A stretch of DNA of 64,000 nucleotides, from positions 299,212,001 through 299,276,000 of the forward strand of contig OZ024741.1 in assembly GCA_964016885.1 (NCBI GenBank). The letters run 5' to 3'. The translations under genes and the position numbers were made by a program. The number at the start of each line of letters is the position of its first letter. Position 1 is the stretch's first letter. Shown here one piece after another: positions 53,980 to 64,000 of this stretch. The stretch comes from Eledone cirrhosa. Its lineage: Eukaryota. Under the pieces are notes generated by a model, which saw only the letters and a list, made by a program, of their open reading frames with translations, made no database searches and was not told where the DNA came from.

Positions 53980-54029
53980 ATTATTATTGTTATTATTATT
54001 ATTATTATTATTATTGTCATTGTTATTAA

Positions 54030-54930
54030 TCTTTGAGTCTCAGTCATTGATGTTAGTTAACTGGAAAGTTTGTTGAAATGAATATCAAGCCACTACCTGC
54101 AGCCTCAACTATTCAGGACGTATCGGTGGATTCTTGCTGTTCCCAGCAAGCATGCCTTTTGAAGCGTTCCAAAAAGCGTGAAGGGGCAAATTTTATTTAA
54201 CCATCCCTGGAAACTTTTTGAGATAGTACCTAGTGCGCCTATGACAATCGGGACTACTTTGACTTCATGGCAGTTCCAAATCCTTTTTACCTCCCACTTT
54301 AAGTACTGGTATCGGTTAATTTTCTCCCTCTCCTTCTCTTGCACTCTCGTGTCGAATGGGCAGGCCACATCCACAATCAGGCACGATCTTTGTTCTTTGT
54401 CCACAACCACCAGGTCAGGTCTATTGTGTTCCAGTTTCTTGTCCGTCTGTATCCTAAAATCCCACAGCACTTTCACCTTGGATGTCCAAGGAGTTAATAA
54501 CAACAAGGAGAAAGAGCAGCCTTCAGGAAAAATCCCTTCATAGTACCTTCTTTGAGAAAACTGAATTCAGAGATCCACAGCCATGGAACTGGTTGAAAAG
54601 AGGAGACCTTAAAAAGGTTACAGAAGAAATGTTAATGGCTGCGCAAGAGCAGGCCCTCAAAACGAAGTGGTTGAAACACCATATTTACAAGGATGAGGCT
54701 AGCCCACTGTGCAGGATCTGTGGAGAGAGTGAGGAGACTGTGGCTCACATTGTATCCGAGTGTAAAGACCTAGCCCAGACTCACTATAAGGGCTGGAGAC
54801 ATGATGTGATGGGCAGGGTGATCTACTGGCAGCTATGCAAAGTAAACAATTTACCACATTCTGAGAAATGGTATGAGTATAAGCCAGAGTCGGTGATAGA
54901 AAACGATCAGGTGAAGGTGCTGTGGGATTA
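54030..54930 (-). mobile_element. Dong family D insertion with inverted 5' segment
   Basis: 3' part 54030-54478 on the minus strand (ORF 54105-54506); upstream part 54484-54930 on the plus strand (CRICGESEETVAHIVSEC). Confidence 0.9.
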
Positions 54931-54951
54931 TTATTATTATTTTTATTATTA

Positions 54952-55822
54952 CAGCTGCATTTATCTTGCTTTATGTTCATACGAGTTATCACCAAGTCAC
55001 AACCAGTGACCTCAAGAGACAACAAGGTCCGCCATATTCAAGAAAGAACATACACACTCACACATGCATCTTTAGGTGTTTAGACTTGTGATGTACTTAT
55101 ATAGACATAATCTTCCTTAGTATATGGGCAGTTCCCATTAGTACTATCTTTTGTATTTCTCCTATACGCGGGTTTCCTGGGATTTGCGATAAGTAATCAT
55201 TAGACCCCTTAGGTATCATTCCTAGAGCGCCTACAACCACTGGTATTGTTTTAGTTCTCAATTTCCACATTTTTCCAATTTCTATCTCCAGGTCCTTATA
55301 CTTGCTCAATTTTTCAAATGTTTTTATAGATACATTCTTGTCTATTGGAACGGACATATCAATTAGCAGGCATACCCTCTTTTTAAAGTCCTTCAATATT
55401 ATATCAGGTCTATTTGCATCTATTTTTCGGTCTGTTTGGATGCTAAAGTTGCACAAGATTGAGATGTGATCTTTTTCAAGTATGGGAGGTGGTTGATGCT
55501 CCCACCAATTCTTTTGATGGGGCAGGTCAAAATGCTTACACATTATCCAATGTATGTATTGTGCAGCTCTGTCATGCCTGTTTAGGTATTCGGTTGGAGT
55601 TATAGGACTGCACATTGAAATTATATGGTCAATGGTTTCTGGTTGTTTTTTACATACACGGCATAATGGGCTGCATCCAGTTTTTATTATGTTGGCTTGG
55701 CAATTTTTTGTTGGCAGACACCGATCTTATGCTGATATAATCAGTCCTTCAGTTTCCGATTTAAGTCCAGAGGATGCCAACCACTGATGGGATAAAGTTT
55801 TGTCAACATCAGGATTGTTAGC
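54952..55822 (-). mobile_element. Dong family B 3' fragment
   Basis: Near-identical to 11383-12240. Confidence 0.92.
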
Positions 55823-55860
<38 letters not shown>

Positions 55861-55861
<1 letters not shown>

Positions 55862-58003
55862 GAGTCTCAGTCATTGATGTTAGTTAACTGGAAAGTTTGT
55901 TGAAATGAATATCAAGCCACTACATGCAGCCTCAGATATTCAGGACGTATCGGAGGGTTCTTGCTGTTCCCAGCAAGAATGCCTTTTGAAGCGTTCCAAA
56001 AAGTGTGAAGAGCCAATTTTCTTTAACCATCCCTGGAAACTTTTTGAGATATTCCCTAGTGCGCCTATGACAATCGGGATCACTTTGACTTCATGGCAGT
56101 TCCAAATCCTTTTTACCTCCCACTTTAAGTCCTGGTATCGGTTAATTTTCTCCCTCTCCTTCTCTTGCACTCTCGTGTCGAAAGGGCAGGCCACATCCAC
56201 AATCAGGCACGATCTTTTTTCTTTGTCCAAAACCACCAGGTCAGGTCTATTGTGTTCGAGTTTCTTGTCCGTCTGTATCCTAAAATCCCACAGCACCTTC
56301 ACCTGATCGTTTTCATCACCGCCTCTGGCTTATGCTCATACCACTTCTCAGAATGTGGTAAATTGTTTACTTTGCATACGTGCCAGTGGATCACCCTGCT
56401 CATCACATCATGTCTCCAGCCCTTATAGTGAGTCTGGGCTAAATGTTTACACTCGGATACAATGTGAGCCACAGTCTCCTCTCTCTCTCCACAGATCCTG
56501 CACAGTGGGCTAGCCTCCTCCTTGTAAATGTGGTGTTTCAACCACTTCGTTTTGAGGGCCTGCTCCTGCGCAGCCATTAACATTCCTTCTGTAGCCTTTT
56601 TAAGGTCTCCTCTTTTCAACCAGTTCCATGTCTGTGGATCTCTAAATTCAGTTTTCTCAAAGAAGGTACTATGAAGGGATTTTTCCTGAAGGCTGCTCTT
56701 TCTCCTTGATGTTATTTCCTACTTGGACTACCCCTGGCCTATTGTCCCCTCCTTCAGTACAGTTCTGAGCATTGGTTCCTTACTATCATTCACGTATTTG
56801 TGTAGGTTGTTTTTCTCCATCTGAACACAGTCCTCTATGCTGATAAGACCTCTTCCACCCTCAGATCTCCTTAAGTAGAGTCTATCGACATCACTCCTCT
56901 TGTGGAACATGTTGTAGATAGTCAATAACTTCCTAGTCTTCTTATCCATTTCTTTTTGTTCAGCAACATTCCATCTCAGAATTCCCACACTGTACCTAAT
57001 AAAAGACACAGCTCGGGAATTGACTGCACTTATGGCAATCCTACTGTTCAGATGTGACTTTAATACGCTCCTTACTCTCCGAAGGTATTCAGTTCTTATC
57101 AATTCCTTCATTTTTTTGTTCTTGATGTCATCAGCCTCCAGAACGCCCAAATACTTGTATCCTTCCTCAGAGTCAATTTCCTTTATCATCTCACCTGTTG
57201 GTATCTGGATTCCGTTACTTCTGCTCAACTTACCCCTATTCATCACAATGACTCCACACTTACTAATACCAAATTGCATACATATATCATTGCTGAAAAT
57301 ACGGACAGTGTCAACAAGCACATCCAACTCCTTCTCACTCTTCCCGAAGAGCTTAAGATCGTCCATGAAGAGGAGGTGATTGATGGTAAGCCCTCCCTTT
57401 CCCAACCTGTATCCTGCTCTCACTTTTCGCAGTACACTGGTCAGGGGCATCAGGGCAAGGACAAACAACAGAGAGGACAGACTATCTCCCTGGAAGATAC
57501 TTCTCTTGATCTTCACGCTTCCCAAGGATTCTCCAGTTGATGTTAACTCTGTTTCCCAGGACTTCATACTTTTGCCCAACATCTGTCTGATGTTACTGCC
57601 ACCTTGAAGATCTCCAGGATTTTGGTGATCCAAGAATGAGGCACCATGTCAAATGCCTTTTTGTAGTCTATCCATCCCATGGCAAGACCAGTGTGTCTCC
57701 TCTTGCAATTCCTCATTACCATCTTATCAATAAGTAACTGGTCCTTTGTACCACGTGACTTCTTTCGACATCCTTTCTGTTCGTCCGGTAACAAGTTGTT
57801 TGTGTCAACAGTTTCCACATTACGGACAGACATGTGATAGGTCTATAGTTGGTAACATCATTGCCCTTGATTCGGTCTTTCATTATCAGAACTGTGGTAT
57901 CTTTTGTCAACCACTCTGGTACCTCACCTGACATCAAGCAGTCATTGAACATGGTTGTCAGTTTCGGGTGGAGGGATGTTATATTTTTAATCCAATACCT
58001 CTG

Positions 58004-58005
<2 letters not shown>
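55861..58005 (-). mobile_element. Dong family D, 2.1 kb, frameshifted
   Basis: [43 protein letters not shown]; (ATT)n on both sides. Confidence 0.93.
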
Positions 58006-58095
<90 letters not shown>

Positions 58096-58099
<4 letters not shown>

Positions 58100-60470
58100 C
58101 GATATTAAACAAATGGAAACTATATTTATAAAACCATATTTATTTCATTATACATATTTCAGGGATACCATATTAAAAATATGGCATGCCTTCTTCAGAT
58201 AAAATACAATATATAAGCAATTTTATAAATAAATTTGACGTACCATGAAATATTGATCAACTTCCATTTAAAAAAGTTGGTTTGGTAGTGAAATGTTTGT
58301 AAATATTTACTGTTAAGCACAGTTAGAAAGAAAGACGTAGAGAAGGAATAAATGTATGTATAGAAAAACAGAGAGAGATAGAGAGAGATATGGGAGAGAG
58401 AAATAGTGAGGAGGTGAAAAATGAGAGGCAGCTGAGGTAACAGATGAATAATAATAATCATCATACTAAATTGAGAGATTTAGGAGGGAGGGAGTACTGT
58501 AATTATTTATTTATTTATTTATTTAGTTATAGTGTTAAGGAGACGGAGAAAAATAAAAATAAAAATAACTAAAGAGAAAACAGCGATACTTAGATTACAT
58601 CATGTATAGAGGGAGGAGAAGAAAGCTATATCTAGAGAGAAGGATGACAGATTTACAACTTTACGTTATGTCCTATCATTTTGAATTATCAATTCATATG
58701 AATTGGGTATTATACTGTAAATATCAATATTCATGAATGAGACATAGATATATAATGTGAAAAATAATGACCATATGTTTAGTTTAAAAATTCTTAGGTC
58801 TATATACCAAAACCTGAGATAAAACTTCAAAAATACATAAGTATATATGTACTTACCGGAAAAAGAAAGAAAGAGAAAAAGAGAAGGTCATCTCAAGTTC
58901 TAGTTGACACTATAGATATACACGTGAACATACGTGATCAACTCTGTAATTTCTTATTTCACATGAAAAATGTTTCCCTTGTGTTATAAAAGATTTTACT
59001 ATATATATGTATACATACATACACATACATAAAAATATAAATTAATATTAATATTCCTGCCCTCACATACATGATTATCGTTCATGCATAGAATAGACAA
59101 CAGATATCAATATATCAAAACGCTAAGAATACTTTCATCACTCCCTAGAGTGTCTAGGGCCTTAAAAGAACACAGTATGCCCCCCATATCAACCACAGAA
59201 ATCAGCCCTTCCAATTTATCTGACAATATATTGCCAAGTTCATTAGAAGCAATCAGAATCAAGAGCAAACAAAAAACCAAAACTATTCAACAAGACTTAT
59301 TTAGCAGAAATCATTTAAAAGATTTAGGAGACCCTGTTGTTCTACAGATGCTCTTATATTTAGTATAGAAGTTTATCTAGCGTAAAATTTATTCAATAGA
59401 TTGGGAGCATCCACATTTTAGGGTAGTTTCATTACCTCATTAGTATATATTTATGAGGAAGGTTTAAAAAAGAAAAAGTTGAAGGAATCGAAAGATTTAA
59501 CGTCAGGTTTCATAATTAATTAAATAAATATCTTAACTAAATATACTACATTTTAAATTTATATTTATATTTAAACGTTGAGTTCAATCTATGTCTGCAG
59601 CAACTGAATAAATTGGTCCTTAGATTAAGGGAATTTTTAGATTTTAATATAAAGAATATCTCCTCCACGCAGAGGCCACATGTCTCAGATGAGGAATTAA
59701 AAGGAATCCCTCTTGAGACTATATTCCAAAACAACGAATATCCAACGTTATCATGTTTAAGTTGCCAGAGTAAGCCTGATAGTGAAGTTGAAGATTTTTT
59801 GCCGGATCTGTGAAAGAATTCTTATGATTATTATAGCGAAATTTAAATTCTGTCGAGGTGGAACCAACATAGTTAAAAGAATTTAAGTCAGTTTTAACAT
59901 TACAATTGTATATTATATTTTTAACTAAGCAATTGTTATTTAACGGACATTTAGATTTATTTCTACAGTTACAGTTGTTTCATTGAATATTGTTTAGGCT
60001 ATTATCGGTATTTTGGCTAGGATTTAGATTCCTATTATTTATTCTGTTAATATTTTGTGCTAAGTTTTTGGTGGACGAGTAAGTTAATTTTATAGTATGT
60101 CTATTAAAAATTGAGTGATATTTATGTGTTCTAGGGAAGCGTTTGTCAAGAGCACTAAAAAATAGTTTAGCAATGTGGGTTTTAATATTTAGTGAGAAAG
60201 GGGGGGGGGGGGGCAAACCATATTATATTTCTAGTTCTATTTCTTTTCTGGCTTTTGGAATTATTGTAATGTTTTCTATTATAGTTGTTAAAGTTGTTAC
60301 CGTAATTAAAATTGTTGTTATATTGGTTAGTTTGCCTATTATTATCGATGTACATAATTTTATCACTATATCCTGCTCTAGCTAACGCTTCATTGTAAAA
60401 CTGCGCTTTTTCGTCGAAAATATTTTTATTAGATGAAATTCTTGAGATTCTTGTAACCCAACAATTTTAA
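58096..60470 (-). mobile_element. PLE (CxCx5C type): ORF C-terminus 59546-60470 and long pseudo-LTR
   Basis: WFAPPPPPFS..IFNRHTIKLTYS; NCNCRNKSKCPLNNNC..IIY..YVGST..FKFRYNNH; CGLCVEE..LN..CCRH. Confidence 0.8.
58146..58204 (-). ncRNA. Hammerhead-like motif with 14-bp stem II and imperfect stems I/III
   Basis: ttat-CTGAAGA-AGGcATGCCATATT(ttt)AATATGGTATcCCT-GAAA-tatgtataat. Confidence 0.55.
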
Positions 60471-60503
60471 ATAAAACTTTTGCATATATACATATATATA
60501 TAT

Positions 60504-61772
60504 ATAAAGAATGAATAATAACAGGTAGACATCATAGAAAGGTAATTTATTCTGTTTCCACGGTGGTTATACAGCCTAGTTATACTATGTGCAAATTTAT
60601 AACTATTTGCAAAACTCGATTATCAAATGCTGTGACCACTGTATCATCAGAGCAGAATGGTTAAAATGTAAAATGTAAATACCCTTAAGTGAGGTTATTG
60701 GGGAAGATAGAGTAGAAAAGGAAGAGAGAAAAGAAGGGGAGGGAGAGAGAGAGAGAGATATGCAGGGATTGGAGAAATGGGAGAGAGTGGTTTGTAGATA
60801 TTTTAATCAAAATGTTGTGGTATGGGTTTTATTATACTGGTTACTCTTAAAGCGACCACCTTAAGCGATGCGTTGATAGTCAAGGTTGGAATTATTTATT
60901 GCCACAGAGGGCAGGTTCGTAGATGTGGGGAGGGATGGATGTGGACCTAGGGCGAGAGAGAGATAGAGAGGGGACAGACGAAAGCTATGGGATGGGTGTA
61001 CATTGAGTTCATAGTAGTAGGCTACACATTTCACTAAGTTTCCATTTATAGTGATAAGCAGGGTATTGTCTTGTAGTATGGCGGAAGAGAAAGTGGTTAC
61101 CTAGAAAGCAATGTTATAGTTACGGGTTTGAATGTTAAGTTATTTTATAGTGAGAGAATTTAGCCTTCAGTTTGTGGTTGCAGTATAATGATCGTTCGAT
61201 TCTATCATTTAGTAATTTATTTTTGGATTTTAAGATGTAAAAGTGTTCAAGGTTACATAACCTACAGTACTTCAATCCACTCCGAGTAACCAGTATAATA
61301 AAACCCCTACCACAACATTTTGATTAATATATCTACAAACCACTCTCTCCCATTTCTCCAACCCCTGCATATATATATCTCCCTCTCTCCCTCTCCCCTT
61401 CTTTTCTTTCTCCCTGTTCTACTCTATCTTCCCCAATAACCTCACTTAAGGGTATTTACATTTTATATTTTAACCATTCTGCTCTGATGATACAGTGGTC
61501 ACAGCATTTGATAATTGAGTTTTGCAAATAGTTATAAATTTGCACATAGTATAACTAGGCTGTATAACCACCGTGGAAACAGAATAAATTACCTTTTTAT
61601 GATGCCTACCCGTTATTATTCATTCTTTATATACATTCCGGAATACAGAAGGATCAGGAACTGAGTTTCTGCAACTATTCTTCCATAACTCGTTGAGTAA
61701 CCTCTCACCGCACGTCAACTCTATCTAGTGTAGTAATTAACCATTACTGCATCCAGGATAATCCTATACCTA
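60504..61772 (-). mobile_element. PLE fold-back related to the 22.5-27.2 kb element
   Basis: 61135-61285 translates RSGLKYCRLCNLEHFYILKSKNKLLNDRIERSLYCNHKLKAKFSHYKIT*; arms 60504-60846 and 61284-61632; tail 61633-61772 resembles the reverse complement of 22562-22700. Confidence 0.85.
61476..61585 (+). ncRNA. Hammerhead-like motif lacking stem III and the cleavage site (second copy at 60549-60658, minus strand)
   Basis: ATTCTGct-CTGATGA-TACaGTGGTcACAGC...GCTGTataACCACcGTG-GAAA-CAGAAT. Confidence 0.55.
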
Positions 61773-63305
61773 ATATATATATATATATATATATATTTAT
61801 ACATTTTACAATTACATACACTGACACACAGACTCTCAAATGCAAGCACACACATACACATATATTTGAATCTTTGAAACTATAATTATCAGAGTGCATA
61901 TAATTGTTACTTTAGTGGATAATAATATATAATAGTTGAATAAATCCGGTAAAGTACTATTGGAGATATATACAGTGATATTTCTAATATGGAAAATATG
62001 GGAATATGCCAAAGTAAGATAAAATTATGAAAAAGTGAAATTAAGAATAAAATCAACCAATAAATGCAAAGAAACTGGCTGATAATATATAAAAAAATAA
62101 CGGCAACACCTCAAAATATGCGGACTCAATATTGCATCGAGATTTCATTTACTTTCGAAAAAAAGAATATACTAGAAAATACTAGAAAATCCCATGACAT
62201 GATCCAGTCTTATTTTGAATACACTCCCAAATTCCCTTTGCAATAGGTTATGAATGTGATATAATTTTAAACATAGAATGAACTACACAGAGCATATATC
62301 TGCGAAACCTATTGACATCAGGAAATTTAAAATGAAATAAATATACTTGAAAAAGTGCTACTACACTTCAAATATTCCAGGATAAAAATTTCAAATAACG
62401 TTTTTCATTTTAGATTTCTTACAACCTAAAATGTTTTTCCTATATTTAAAATTGTTCTTTTAACTTTTAATGTTTCAAGTTAATCAGGCATGTTTTTTTA
62501 GTTATAAACGTTATTCACTCATTTACTTGTGAATTCCCAAATGTTTTTTTTCTATTTATATGATTCTAGATTTGATACTTGTGGCATTTTCTTTTTATTA
62601 TTTATTCATCTTCTTGAAACTTGCTTTAGTATATAATATCCTTAACAATTTCTCCCAACAGATCTTAGCGTATTCCTTAACTTGAGTATGATGATATCAA
62701 AGAAACGATATATCATTTTTTTTACTTTGTTTGTGACTTAATATTTTTAGAAATACATTTCTGCTTTGCAAGGTGTTTACTAGAATGTGATAAATTCTAG
62801 TAAAGCACTTTCGTTCTATTTATGTAAAAAAGTAGAGATATAATTACAGAATAAAAAAATAAAAAGATATCTTTAACTATGAACTTAAGCTGAAAATTCA
62901 TGTATCGTATCTCAGAAGTTTTACGTTTCTGATTATCAAATTGACTAGAGCAAGTCTAGTTGTGTGTCATTATACGAATAAAAAGAAATCATATTCGCAA
63001 ATACATAGGAATATGATTTTAGAAAAAAAGGAGAAAAAAATAAGAACAAATTGCTCCTGCATAGTATTTCTTAATTTGAAATTAAATCAAGTTTCTCCTT
63101 GTAATATATTTCCCATCTCTACCGAACAGAACTCTGCAAGACAAAGCGACGAGTAAGGATAGGAAATACTTTACCACGACCATGGAAAAAGTGCATAAAA
63201 AAGTTCAAACACGTGCTGGAGAATTATATATCTATCAATCTATTTCTCTCTCTCTCGCTCCCCCCCCCTCTCTCTCTCTCTCACTCTCTCTCTTACTCTC
63301 TCTCT

Positions 63306-63424
<119 letters not shown>

Positions 63425-63552
63425 TTAAAATAATAGATTAAAGTTTAAGAAAAGAATCGCTGCTTTCACCCTTAACGGGATCTTCTGAAACTAATATATT
63501 ATCCTTATCGAGTCTTCTTCGGATTTTAGTCTTCACATTTATTATTATTACT
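63425..63552. mobile_element. Micro-insertion of the 39-43 kb PLE family: CAGA hammerhead (63442-63492, minus) fused to an inverted tail
   Basis: 63430-63494 matches 39022-39087; 63495-63552 matches the reverse complement of 38925-38985. Confidence 0.8.
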
Positions 63553-63593
63553 ATAAATATATATAAGTACGCACACACACACACACACACATA

Positions 63594-63658
<65 letters not shown>

Positions 63659-63666
<8 letters not shown>

Positions 63667-63760
63667 AGACTTCACTCCGACATAGCTGTATACATACGTA
63701 AACATTGAGTATATCATATTTGATATACATGATTCACACGCACACGCACACACGCACACG

Positions 63761-63798
<38 letters not shown>

Positions 63799-63885
63799 AA
63801 ATTAAAAACTTCACTCCGACATAGCTGTATGCATACGTAAACATAGAGTGTATCATATTTGATATACATAATCCACACACACAGA
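63659..63885. repeat. Two copies of an about 80-bp unit separated by (CA)/(TA) repeats
   Basis: aaattaaaracttcactccgacatagctgtat...tcatatttgatatacat at 63659 and 63798. Confidence 0.85.
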
Positions 63886-64000
63886 CACACAGACGCACAC
63901 GCACACACACACATATATATATATATATATACGATATTAATAAATGGAAACTATATTTATAAAACAACGGTCAATTTTGAAAGGGGTACGTCAATGTCTA

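Noticed and set aside
63659-63885. CRISPR-like repeat-spacer pattern
   Set aside because: Only two long units with microsatellite spacers in eukaryotic DNA, and no cas genes.

Overview
This is AT-rich animal genomic DNA made almost entirely of retroelements and microsatellites. The SINE and LINE repertoire resembles octopus/cephalopod repeats, but that is from memory and was not verified. I found no confident multi-exon host gene, only a few weak exon candidates. Contents: (i) at least 8 Penelope-like element (PLE; RT plus GIY-YIG) insertions or remnants sitting in (TA)n, several as large fold-back palindromes and one nested inside another; their pseudo-LTRs carry about 15 hammerhead-ribozyme (HHR) motifs of several architectures; (ii) two stacks of R4/Dong-type LINEs (RT plus restriction-like endonuclease) built on (TAA)n tracts at 7.3-21 kb and 54-58 kb; (iii) one full-length, slightly disabled Tx1/L1-clade LINE (13128-18992) and two remnants; (iv) a tRNA-derived SINE (9 copies) whose 3' end, target and polarity match the Tx1 element; (v) RTE and CRE-like remnants. 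The most notable observations are a probable (AAT)n-targeting Tx1 LINE/SINE partnership, non-canonical HHR variants (CAGA core, long branched stem II, missing stem III) and a twin-priming-type inversion in a Dong/R4 element. All structures and alignments were read by eye, so boundaries are approximate.
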